This document shows, in pieces, positions 1-11,815 of a DNA stretch of 64,000 nt. The stretch spans positions 167,586,001-167,650,000 of the forward strand of contig OX597814.1 of the NCBI GenBank assembly GCA_951406725.2. The letters run 5' to 3'. The notes under the pieces were generated by a model. The model was given only the letters and a program-made list of their open reading frames with translations, was not told where the DNA came from and ran no database searches. This DNA is from Octopus vulgaris (taxonomy: Eukaryota). Position numbers and translations under genes: made by a program. Positions within the stretch are counted from its first letter, which is position 1. Every line of letters begins with the position of its first letter.

Positions 1-1329
1 TGTCGTAATGTACACATGCATTTTGACACAACAGTCTTCTTCGAAATTTGTTGCCCATGTAGTCAAGTAGTATTTCCTTCAGATAAGTTAGCATATTAGA
101 TTTTTTTAACGTTATTTATGATAAAACTTTAACCCATCTTCTATTCATTTTTTTATGATATTAATTTCCTTTATTAGATTTTCGCTTGAAAATCCTTTGG
201 ACATTTGATCAGGAATGACATTATCAGGAATTGATCTTAGAATAGTGTTATGATTTTGCACATCACTACATTAATTGTTACCCGACCTAACTGAAATCTT
301 CACACACGTTGTATTCTTTGGTTAGTCTGGCTTCTTAACAAGAATCTTGCAAATGTTACAAAGCTTATTTATGCATGTTTAAATTATCTACAAGACAACC
401 GTTTCATCATTTGATGCTTGATTTTTATCAAAATGTATAATAATTATTTACAAAAAGATAACTTTGATATCTTTTAGATAATCTTAATTTGCAAAAACTT
501 ACAGAATCATATTTTTACATGAATTAGTTTCTTGTAAAATAATTGGTAAATTATATAGTTTGGTTAGAAATTCAAACACTCAGAAAATGAAGTTTGGTTA
601 GATCTATAGATTTAGATACTTTTTGTTACATACAGACAAAAATCACTGCTGCTTATATTAACTTTGATACACTTTTTATTTGAATGTAAGAATGCATACA
701 AATGTTACGATAAACTATTTTATTTCCACTCTAGTTAGCTTCTGAATTCTATATAACATCAACTCACATTTATAAGTAATATAGATCTATAGTATGGTTT
801 TATGCAGGTGTTTGACTGCAGACAAATGATCCTCATTTGTGGATGTGAAAACCAGAGCTAATCCACTGCAGATTGCAAGTATCCATCTGGATACCTACAT
901 TAACCTATAGTATGTATTTAATTATACAATTATGTACAACACACACACGCATTTATTTGTATAACAGCCTCTCTCTGTGTATGTGTGTGTGTGTGAGTGC
1001 ATATATATATACAAACATATATATATATATATATATATATTTCTCTGGTTATACAAAATTACTGAAGTGAGTGTGTTTCTGTTTATAACATCATATAGGT
1101 AGGTAGGTAGGTAGGTAGGTAGGTAAATAGATAGGTAGATATAAACACACTCATGCATATACATACATGATTTATGTGTGTGTATGTTCTAATAGGCCCG
1201 TGTGTATACATATATACAAACAGGTATAAGTATGAGTGGGTGTTATTGTGCACATGTGTATGTATTTATATATATGTATATACATACACCATATATGATA
1301 TATGTATGTGCATGAACTGATAGATATGT

Positions 1330-1360
<31 letters not shown>

Positions 1361-1367
<7 letters not shown>

Positions 1368-1526
1368 CAAATAAGAAAATGGAGAGGATATAAAATCGAC
1401 AAACATCAGCCAGTAAACATTCCATTATATCTATTTATCAATCAATTAATAAATAGAATCAGTGGAATGTTTACTGGCTGGTGTTTGTCAATTTTATATC
1501 CTATCCGTTTTCTTATTTGCCTTATA
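1361..1526. repeat. Long inverted repeat (about 64-bp arms) at the start of an AT-rich dispersed element, probably PLE pLTR-derived
   Basis: 1361-1424 (tataaggcaaataagaaaatgg...aacattcca) is the near-perfect reverse complement of 1463-1526. The spacer holds a further tctatttat/ataaataga stem. Confidence 0.9.
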
Positions 1527-1647
1527 AATTGTGGGTAAATTTCCCATTTACCCCCACCCATACCTAGTATTCAATTGCAATATTGCCATGCACTAGTAAG
1601 CATTTGGTTAATAATACATAGGTACACATCCTGTTGTATATTGGATA

Positions 1648-1679
<32 letters not shown>

Positions 1680-1680
<1 letters not shown>

Positions 1681-1936
1681 GGCACCTGTGTCGGTGGCAC
1701 ATAAAAAGCACCATCTGAGCGTGGCCGTTCGCCAGCCTCATCTGGCACCTGTGTCGGTGGCACATAAAATCACCCACTACACTCTCGGAGTGGTTGGCGT
1801 TAGGAAGGGCATCCAGCTGTAGAAACACTGCCAGATCTGACTGGCCTGGTGTAGCCTTCGGGCTCCCCAGACCCCAGTTGAACCGTCCAACCCATGCTAG
1901 CATGGAAAGCGGACGTTAAACGATGATGATGATGAT
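1680..1936 (+). mobile_element. RTE LINE 3' fragment (3' UTR and (GAT)n tail)
   Basis: Reverse complement of the 3' end of the RTE copies at 7219 and 20818 (ttaggaagggcatccagctgtagaaac...catggaaagcggacgttaaacgatgatgat). Preceded by (TA)n. Confidence 0.9.
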
Positions 1937-2479
1937 ATATAAACATACATACAAACATACACAAGTGGATGTTGGTGTGCACGTGTGTATGTATATAAAT
2001 TCACATGTGCACACAAGTGTGTATTTGTGTATGTGTACTAAAAAAGTTTTTTTCCCAACTTCTATAATCAAGTTTTTAATTATTTAAAAAATGATCACCA
2101 GTAAGAGCAATAATCTCTTAATGAACATTATTCTGTTAATTAGCTGCATTAAGCTATTCACACATACAATACAAAGTATAACACAAACACACACATCTAC
2201 TTGCATGTATATATCATCTTTGTTCAATGTCCTCTTTTCCATGAATGCATAAATAAAATGGTAAATGTTGAAGCTGATTTTCTACAGCTGGTTACCTTTC
2301 CTATTACCAGTCTGTGCCTGTTTCCAAGCAAGGTAATATTTCTTAGTGGATGGACATGTTTTATACAAGAGTGAAAACAGAACTTGTATGATGTTCATAT
2401 GAGGGTGACATTTGCTTTCAACTGTTGCATTGAATGTGTGTGTGGTGTGTGTGTGTGTGGTGTGTGTGTGTGTGTGTGA

Positions 2480-2625
2480 AGAGGTTGGTATTAGGAAGGG
2501 CATCCTGCTGTAGAAACCATGCCAAAACTGACAATGAAACCTGGTATGGCTCCTGGCCTTGCCAGCTCTTGTCAAACCATCCAACTCATAACAGCATGGA
2601 AAGCATATATTAATTGATGATGATT
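2480..2625 (+). mobile_element. Older RTE-type 3' end fragment
   Basis: ggttggtattaggaagggcatcc...cagcatggaaag...gatgatgat, a diverged match to the RTE 3' end. Confidence 0.65.
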
Positions 2626-3119
2626 ATACACACGCACACCTTACACATGATGGGCTTCTTTTAATCTTCATTGCCAAAATCCATTCATAAAGCTTTGGTC
2701 AGCACAGAGCTCTTGTAGAAGACACTAGCACATGGTGGCACGCAGTGTGAATCAAGCTGAATCTTGTGGCTAGGAAGCAAACATTGTACGTGTGTGAGAG
2801 CGAGCATACAGATATGCTTATGTGTTTATAATTATATTTGTAGCTAAGTCTGTTTTATAAACCAACAAAACTTTAAGATACATATCAACTAATATATATT
2901 TATGTTTATCTGTACATAAGTGAATTCATATATGTGTACATATGTACACACACAAGTGTATGTGTGTATGTGTGTGTGACATACTGAAGTCTGGTGCTTG
3001 TCTTCTTGCTTGCTATATAAGTTCCTGTCAAACCATCCAACTCATGCCAGCATGGAAAGCAGGCATTAGATGATGATATATATATATATATATTTGTCTG
3101 TGTGCGTATGTATAAACAT

Positions 3120-3440
3120 AATGTGGTTCTGGGCTATCTCACTGTGTGGCACCCTAGACAAGTGTTTTCTAGTATAGTCTTGTGAGTGGATTTGGTTGAC
3201 AGAAACTACAAGATGCCCATCATATGTGTGTTTGTGTCTGTCCCCCACTACCTCTTGACAACCGGATTAACTTAGTTTATGCCCCCATAACTTAGCAGCT
3301 CATGAAAAGAGACAAATAGAATAAGTACAAGGCTCTAAAAAAAGTTACTACTGGGGTTTTCTTCCAACTTTGATCCTTGAACACTGTATCACCAGCATGG
3401 TTGTAGTCCAAAGACTGAGTTAAGTAGAAATATAAAAGAA
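3120..3440 (+). mobile_element. Diverged SINE family A copy
   Basis: Matches the body of the copy at 62644 (gagtggatttggt, tgtttgtccccc, gacaacc, agaataagtac, cagcatgg). Confidence 0.7.
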
Positions 3441-3592
3441 TATATACGTGCACTCACACACACACGTTATGCGTTGTAAGCTACATATATATATATATAT
3501 TATATATAGTGCAAACGCTGATATGGAACTGAATATTTTGAGCAGAGTGGACATATCTGTACTCTGTGTGTGTGTATATCTATCTATCTATC

Positions 3593-3637
<45 letters not shown>

Positions 3638-3932
3638 TAAAAATATGTATATGTATGTACAACTATATATGTATGTTAATCATATATATATATATATATA
3701 GGTAAAAGTATGTATATGTGTATCAATCATATATATAGATATATAGGTAAAAGTATGTATATTACATCTATGTATTTGTATGTATGTTAATCATATGCAT
3801 ATATTTATTTATTCATACATTTTTTCACCATATTGTTATTCCTAGGCTACATCTTCCTCTAGGTGATACTTTCAGTATATTTTTTCAAATATATTTCTCT
3901 CAAGTTTTCACTAACCATAGTGCTACAATGTA

Positions 3933-3963
<31 letters not shown>

Positions 3964-4995
3964 TATAAATTGCAGTGTTCTTTCTATCATTTGTGTCTAC
4001 TATTTTTTCCCCTACTTTTTCATAAAATATTTCACATTTGAGTCCAGATAAATCTTTCTCAGATGTTTAACATAGATTATCCTCTACATTTTCTTGTTTC
4101 TCTTTGTCACATGTTTGATTTCCTATGGAAATGGCCCTTTTGTTAGGTCTTTCTCAGAGTTTTCTATTTCTTGTTGCTTACAACACAGCTGTAGAAGTCT
4201 TCAGAAATCAAATGTTTGTCTTGTTTCAATTACCAACCTCATTCTAAATCATGAAACTGCCTATAAACATAAACATACTTATACATTTGTCTTTAATTAT
4301 GTCCAGTTTCCATTGAATTACTTACTAATTAACTATTTAAAAGCACAAAATCAAGTTTACGCAACTGAATTTAACACTTCAGTTATAATTTCAAGTTTTA
4401 TTTTTCTTCAATTACCCTCTCCATATGTTCTTAATATTTTTGTTGTTGGCCTTATATAGAAATAGAGATCAATGTCTTAAGCTGTCACTGTATTGCCAAA
4501 ATGAAGAATAAGGAAAAGAAGTTATTTCCCAGTGCGTCCCTAATCATAACATTCTAACCAAAACCACCAATATTGTATTTACTTTATTATTTGATAAACT
4601 GCAAACCTGTTACCCATTTTTATACTCAACATTTATGACCTCTGTTATTTTCAACATCTGGTCAGCAAGCCTTTCTTCTCAGCATTTTATTTTCATAGCT
4701 TAAGTGCCATCATTCATGGCTTTAGATCAGTTGACAATGGTAAATAATACAATAGGTTTGTTTTAATCACTAATTATTTTGAAAATAATGTTTTGAACGA
4801 CAATCTGCTTAGATCTCTAAATTAGAATACAAAATATTTAACATGGAGACATGAGTGCTTGTCTTCTCTGTAAACAGTTATATTTTGTTATTTGTGAACC
4901 TACTTCATATTGTCATATTGAACATTTGTTAAAACAACAGTTGATCATTTAGATTTTTACTTTCTTTACCAAATATGATTTCATTGTTTTATTAT

Positions 4996-5215
4996 TAAGA
5001 GTGGAGGACTGGCAGAATTGTTAGTGTGTCAGAAAAAATACCATTCAGTATTTATTCTAGCTCTTCACATTCAGAGCTCAAACCTGCCAAGGTCATCCTT
5101 GCCTCTCATTCTTCCAGGCTCAGTAAATGCATCTATTGAGTCTTGGGATCAGTGTTATCAACTAACCTCTTTCCCTTATATTACTAGCCTTGAATCTAAA
5201 TTAGAAACAATTGCT
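4996..5215 (+). mobile_element. Diverged SINE family C (Meta-domain-like) copy
   Basis: ctggcagaattgttag...cagagctcaaacctgccaaggtc, matching the reverse complement of the copies at 20100 and 63385. Confidence 0.6.
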
Positions 5216-6417
5216 AGTTCAGTATTATACTAATAATGGCTTTTTGAAAGAATTCTTATACATTGTTTTACTTGTGATATGAATAAACAAATCATTCATT
5301 TAATCTTCCATACAGCCTATAAATGTTAAAGCAATCTAATGAATATTCTAATCATGCCTGTTATTTTCTTTAATTAATTCTGTCAACTCAATAAAGACTC
5401 TTATTTTTTTATATATTTTGCTCTGCATTTGTTAAATAATGATCCTTAATTATGTTTCTAATAATTTAAACAAAAGTCTTAATTGTAATAGGTTAATTAC
5501 AGGGCAGTGAAATCTCTAACTTTAAATTATATTTGGTATCAAATGTGTTAGTGTTTTCTCTTCTTTGGATTATACTAGCAATCCAAGAGAAGATTTTGCA
5601 TCTTCCTTAAAAATTATACCCAAATCTGTGTCATGAAGATATGTACTTTTAGATAAATAATTCATCTTAATGAATGAAAATGATAACAAATTATGTAGGA
5701 GATGGATGAAATCACTTAAATTCATGTACAGTACCTGTGGTATTTAACTGGACACAGAAGGATAAAATGCAGTTGATCCTGACAGCATTTGATTTTGGAA
5801 AATGAGGATGTATGAATAAATACAACTGTATTTTCTCAAATACAAGGTGATTTCAATACAACATCAGTAATATATTTTAATCTTTTTTTTTTTGCTTTTA
5901 TTTTTGAATATATTGCTGTCCCTCAGTTTTGGCCCTGCTGTTTTGCATTAAATTTCTTGTGTTATACATAAATAAATATGGCATATGATATTTAGTTCAT
6001 GGTTCTACAAATTGTTATTCCACTACTGTGGAATACTGAGGAAGGGTATTATAGTGAGCTGAATCAATTTCAGTAAATAACTAATATTTATATTTTGTCA
6101 TCCTTAAGGGTTGAAATGTAATAATAGTTAATAATAGATAATTTTTTTTTATTGTTTACATTTTTTAATTGTTATTAAAGGTTGGAACTTTGGACTCATT
6201 TGTTTCACATTCCTAGTCTGACAATAATGTTACTTATTCTCCCTCTAGACTTTCATTTTACTGTCTCAAAGTAAAACCAGCTTCCATGCCCCTATTTACT
6301 CATTGGAATATGAAAATTATTCAAGTATTGACTGTCTCAATCTTCAAAGACTAAGAAATAGCAGCAATTAAAAACAGAGCTATATTATAAACTATAGATA
6401 AGCACATACACACACAC

Positions 6418-6452
<35 letters not shown>

Positions 6453-6569
6453 GTCTCATTTATAACTACATATTGACCTACCATAAATGGCTAATATGAG
6501 TTGAATGAGACATGCTTATCTACATGGCCGAAACAGCTGTAAGATATAGTCTATATTTATATTTATGTG

Positions 6570-6775
6570 TACTTATATTTATGTTCTATTATACGTATTC
6601 TACTTATTGTATAACATAACTATTTTATGTACACTCCTTCATGTACACTGTTTTACCCTGCATGATTATGTTTAACCTTATAGTTTCTTATGTAGTGGTT
6701 TAATAAAGTATGTGATTGAGTATTATCTGGTAATTGATATTTGATTTCGATGTATTTCTCCATTTTCTTATTTTG

Positions 6776-6817
<42 letters not shown>

Positions 6818-7008
6818 TATATTTATATTCTCTTATACATATTGTACTTATTGTATCATATTACTCCTTTATGTACACTGTTTTGTCCTATATTATTATG
6901 TTTGACCTTAAAGTTTCTTATGTTGTGGTTTAATAAAGTATGTGATTGGGTATTATCTGGTAGTTGATATTTGATTTGGATGTATTTCTCCATTTTCTTA
7001 TTTTGTAT
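6570..7008 (+). repeat. Direct duplication of a roughly 200-bp unit, copies separated by (TA)n
   Basis: atgtacactgtttt...gtggtttaataaagtatgtgattg...tgtatttctccattttcttattttgtat ends at about 6778 and again at about 7008. Confidence 0.85.
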
Positions 7009-7179
7009 TATGAATTTGTGGTAAAACATTTTACCTTTGCCCATATAATACAGTAAATGAATTAATTGCATCGCAATTCTTAACATTTATGTATTAACTC
7101 TGTTGGGTACTTCACTAGCAGTATATTGGATATATGTTATCCCATGGAGGGTTGCATTTACAACCCCTATCTCAATTTG

Positions 7180-7218
<39 letters not shown>

Positions 7219-7220
<2 letters not shown>

Positions 7221-9337
7221 TCATCATTTAACGTCCGCTTTCCATGCTAGCATGGGTTGGACGGTTCAACTGGGGTCTGGGGAGCCCGAAGGCTGCACCA
7301 GGCCAGTCAGATGTGGCAGTGTTTGTACAGCTGGATGCCCTTCCTAACACCAACCACTCCGAGAGTGTAGTGGGTGATTTTATGTGCCACCGACACAGGT
7401 GCCAGACGAGGCTGGCAGACAGCCACGTTCGGATGGTGTTTTTATGTGCCACCGACACAGGTGCCAGATGAGGCTGGCGAACGGCCACGATCGGATGGTG
7501 TTTGTTACGTGCCCACAGCACGGAGGCCAGTCGATGCGGTACTGGCTACGGCCACGTTCGGATGGTTTTCTTGTGTGCCATCGGCACTGGTACCACAAAG
7601 ATACAAATTCCATTGATGTTCATCTATTTTGATTTGTTTTGATTTTGATTTTCACTTGCCACAACAGGTCTTCACAAGTGTCACAAGAAGGAAGGTATGC
7701 ACAGGTGGACTGACTACGTCCCAGGTAGGGGCCACGGGTTATGGCCTGACTAGTCTTGCTGGGTCTTCTCACGCACAGCATACTTCCATAGGTCTCAGTC
7801 TCTAGTCATTTCCTCAGTGAGACCTAAAGTTCGAAGGTCGTGCTTCACCACCTCGTCCCAGGTTTTCCTGGGTCTACCTCTTCCACAGGTTCCCTCAACT
7901 GCTAGGGTGTAGCACTTTTGCACACAACTATCTTCAGCCATTCTCGTCACATGACCATACCAGTGCAGCTGTCTCTCTTGCACACCACAACTGACACTTC
8001 TTAGGTTCAACTTTTCTCTCAAGGTACTTACACTCTGACGATTATGAACACTGACATTACACATCCATCGGAGTATACTGGCTTCATTTCTTGCGAGCTT
8101 ACGCATATCCTCAGCAGTCACGGCCCATGTTTCACTACCATGTAGCATGGCTGTACGTACACATGCATTATACAGTCTGCCTTTTACTCTGAGCGAGAGG
8201 CCTTTTGTCACCAGCAGGGGTAAGAGCTCTCTAAACTTTGCCCAGGCTATTCTTACTCTAGCAGTTACACTTTCAGCACACCCACCCCTGCTACTGACTT
8301 GGTCTCCTATGTAGCGGAAGCTATCAACTACTTCTAGTTTGTCTCCCTGGAACGTGGTAGAAGTTGGTCTCTGCACATTTCCAGTGTTTATTGTTCCTGA
8401 GCATCTGCCACAGACAAAAACTATTTTCCTAGTTAGCCTTCCTTTGACATTGCTGCACCTCTTATGTGTCCATAGCTTACACTTGGTGCACCTTATAGAG
8501 TTTCTACCTACACCTTTTTTACAGATCGAGCAGGGCCATCTACCTGAAGTCGTTTGTGATTGGTCCACCTTCCTACTTATTAGGACTTTGGTTTTGGCTA
8601 GGTTGATTCTAAGGCCCTTCGATTCTAATCCTTGTTTCCACACCTGAAACTTCTCCTCCAGTTCTGATAGTGACTCAGCAATTAGAGCAAGGTCATCAGC
8701 ATAGAGGAGCTCCCAGGGGCATCCTGTCTTGAATTCCTCTGTTATTGCCTGGAGGACTATGATAAATAGGAGGGGACTGAGGACTGAACCTTGGTGGACC
8801 CCTACCTCTACCCGGAATTCTTCACTGTACTCATTGCCAACCCTCACCTTACTAGCAGCGTCTCTGTACATGGCTCGCACAGCTCTCACTAACCATTCAT
8901 CTATCCCTAGTTTCCTCATTGACCACCAGATAAGGGATCGGGGGACCCTGTCAAAGGCTTTCTCCGAGTCAACAAAAGCCAGGTACAAGGGCTTATCTTT
9001 GGCTAGGTATTTCTCCTGCAGCTGTCTTACCAGGAATATAGCATCAGTGGTACTTTTCCCTGGCACGAACCCAAACTGCATATCATCTAAGCTAACTCTC
9101 TCTCTAATTAATTGGGCTATAACCCTCTCCGTAACCTTCATTACCTGATCCAGCACCTTGATGCCCCTGTAGTTATTTGTATCTAGGGCGTCGCCTTTAC
9201 CTTTGTAGCAGTTGACCATTATGCTGCTACACCAGTCATTGGGTATTACTCCTTCGTGTATCACCTGGTTAACTATACGGGTGACTAGGCTATAGCCGAC
9301 ACTACCAGATATTTTGAGCATCTCTGCAGTAATTCCT
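7219..9337 (-). mobile_element. 5'-truncated RTE-clade LINE, copy 1
   Basis: RT ORF, a 3' UTR of about 550 bp with tandem repeats, and a (GAT)n tail ending in (TA)n. No endonuclease domain present. Confidence 0.95.
7795..9337 (-). CDS. RTE LINE reverse transcriptase (partial ORF, no true start) with internal PHD-like finger
   Basis: Motifs NYRGI, QFGF, D.EKAFD, GVHQGSVLSPLLF, YADD, FRYIG and GRGRPRKTW. The N-terminal MYMCVC of the track ORF is flanking microsatellite. Confidence 0.93.
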
Positions 9338-10410
9338 ACACACATACATAGATACATACATACACACATATACATATAGGAGGTTGTAAATTTATAGACA
9401 TTGAAACAATAGTTTATTTTGTTATTGTTCTAGTGAATACTATTAATATAGACAGTGTATCTCTACTTTCATATACACACACTCTTATTCATACTTAAGT
9501 GTTACAGTCTGGGGAGGTTTTAGCTAAGATTAAATAAAAGTAGTTAAAAATAAAACAATACAAAGATCTGCCGATTAAACACAGGCATACATACAAACTT
9601 ATATCTAGATAAATGCACATGTGTATGCATGCAGGCACACATGCGTGTGCATGCACACACACACACACACATTAGGATATAGAGATAAAGTTACTATTTA
9701 GTATCTGTAGGTGTGACGGCTTTCTCAGTAATTTGTCTCTGGAAATGTGTTAGCTGTATTTAATGTGAGTAAAAATTTTTTCTTATTGTTGTTTACTGCA
9801 GGGCAGCCCATATCATACACACCTAAGATGAAAAACTGTAACTAGGCAGTCTTTCCTTTTACTTTTTTTTCTTTTTATTTAGACATAACATTGTCTATCC
9901 AATGTAACCTTCTCTGAGGAAAATTTTACTGCCATTTCTATGAGTTTGAGCCTTACAGATGCTTCCTTATTTTTTTTTTATGAACATTTTAAATTTTACT
10001 TTAAACAGAATGACTGAAGGGATCTTATTTTAATAATTGTACTGTGACCTAGAATTAAATAAGTAATAACTACTATTTTGGACATCCTTGTTCATATCAT
10101 GTAGATATTTTACATTTGAATAAGTTCAGTTTTTTCTAAATAACTCTGAACATTTTCAAAGACTAAATTTTTCAGATAGTACTCAGGCAGATAGTTGTTA
10201 GAAGTTAGGTTTAAAGTACAAAATTGATTACCCTACTGACTATTAAATATTAGGATGATTAATACGGTGTTATTCGATAAATGTTTATTCGACTTGAATT
10301 GATTTCTATAACTTAGTATCTTAAAATAGTTGAAAATTTAAGAAGTGTGTGTATGTATTTATAGACATGTGTGTCAATAAAATGTATGTATTTTATATAT
10401 ATATATATAT

Positions 10411-10686
10411 CATCATCATCATCATCGTTTAACGTCCGTTCTCCATGCTAGCATGGGTTGGACGGTTCGACCGGGGATCTGGGAAGCCAGAAGGCTGCAC
10501 CATGCTCCAGTCTTATCTGGCAATGTTTCTACAGCTGGATGCCCTTCCTAACGTCAACCACTCCGTGAGTGTAGTGGGTGCTTTTTACGTGCCACCCGCA
10601 CAGGTGCCAGGTGAGGCTGGCAACGGCCACGGTCGGATTGGTGCTTTTTACGTGCCACCAGCACAGAAGCCAGTCGAGGCGGCGCT

Positions 10687-10690
<4 letters not shown>
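10411..10690 (-). mobile_element. RTE LINE 3' fragment inside (TA)n
   Basis: (CAT)n-cgtttaacgtccgttctccatgctagcatggg...ggatgcccttcct, with TA runs on both sides. Confidence 0.92.
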
Positions 10691-10743
<53 letters not shown>

Positions 10744-10747
<4 letters not shown>

Positions 10748-10904
10748 AGGAGTGGGTGTGTGGTAAGAAGCTTGCTTCCCAACATGTTTCCAGGTTCAGT
10801 TCCCCTGTGTGACATTTTGGGCAAGTGTCTTCTACTATAGCCCTTGGCCAACCAAAGCCTTGTGAGTAGATTTGGTAGATGGAAACTGAAAGAAGCCTAT
10901 CGTG

Positions 10905-10945
<41 letters not shown>

Positions 10946-11117
10946 CTGTGTTTTTATGTGTCTGTGTTTGTCCCCTCACCATTGCTTGACAACTGATGTT
11001 GGCGTGTTTATGCCCCTGTAGATAGGCCTACAAAGAATAAGTCCTGGGGTCGATTTGTTCAACTAAAGGTGGTGCTCCAGCGTGGCCCCAGTCAAGTGAC
11101 TGAAACAAATAAAAGAA
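10744..11117 (+). mobile_element. SINE family A (tRNA-derived head, CORE-like ttgggcaagt segment, internal TA/TG tract)
   Basis: Colinear with the copy at 62644-63041. Ends in tgactgaaacaaataaaaga. Confidence 0.88.
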
Positions 11118-11575
11118 TATATATATATCTTATAAAGTAAGTTTAGGCCAGTTTATGGGATTACCCTGGGTTTCATGTCCATAAAGCTCGGCGCTTTATG
11201 GCATATCATCAGATCCCAAGCCTCTTGGCTTATAGCTTCTCTTTTGAGCATGGTTCATTTTTATAAATAGCCAGTCTTAATAGCACACTTACTGTTCTAA
11301 TGTTATTATTTATATTTATAACCTGAGAAAGAAACTAGACAAAAAAAAGAAGAACAGATTGATCTGAAGTTATTGGCTGCAGCTACTAATGCCATCACAA
11401 ATCTTTTACTTTACCTTCTTAATCTTTGTATTGGTTTTTGTAAACATTTTATAGCACAGATTCTTAAAAAATTTTATTTTACTCAAATACTTGAAGAGGA
11501 AAAATTTAGAACTGCTTATGTTGTTTTAAACATTTCATTAAAATAAAGTATAAGACAATGAGAGAATCTCTACAT

Positions 11576-11815
11576 CGGTGAATCTCAATCATTTTTTGCC
11601 TGTGGACCCCCTTTGATTCCTGTTTTACCTGGGTGGACCCTCATAGCTATATGATGATTTAAAAATCCTATTTTTATAGTTAAATATTATTAGGAATTGT
11701 ATTTAAAATTTTTTTTAAAAATATTTTGTGCATTGTAAAAGTATATGCTCATAAACTTTAACAAAATCTTGTCAGGTCCCTCATTGATTGTGTGGACCCT
11801 GGTTGAGAATCACTA
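11576..11815. mobile_element. hAT (Charlie-like) MITE
   Basis: Termini cggtgaatctcaatc and ggttgagaatcacta; 8-bp TSD ctctacat/ctccacat (one mismatch). Confidence 0.8.

Noticed and set aside
800-885. Possible host exon after an AG acceptor (similar sites near 9800 and 20694)
   Set aside because: The 808 candidate has stops in all three frames and a weak donor; none of the sites gives a recognisable protein. Non-coding exons cannot be excluded.
7244-7632. Recurrent MLAWVGRF... ORFs that look like a small gene family
   Set aside because: They are antisense translations of the RTE 3' UTR with inconsistent lengths and frames between copies.
8339-9148. Plus-strand ORFs overlapping the RT (also 21282-23108)
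   Set aside because: They are antisense shadows of the RTE ORF, repeated only because the element is repeated.
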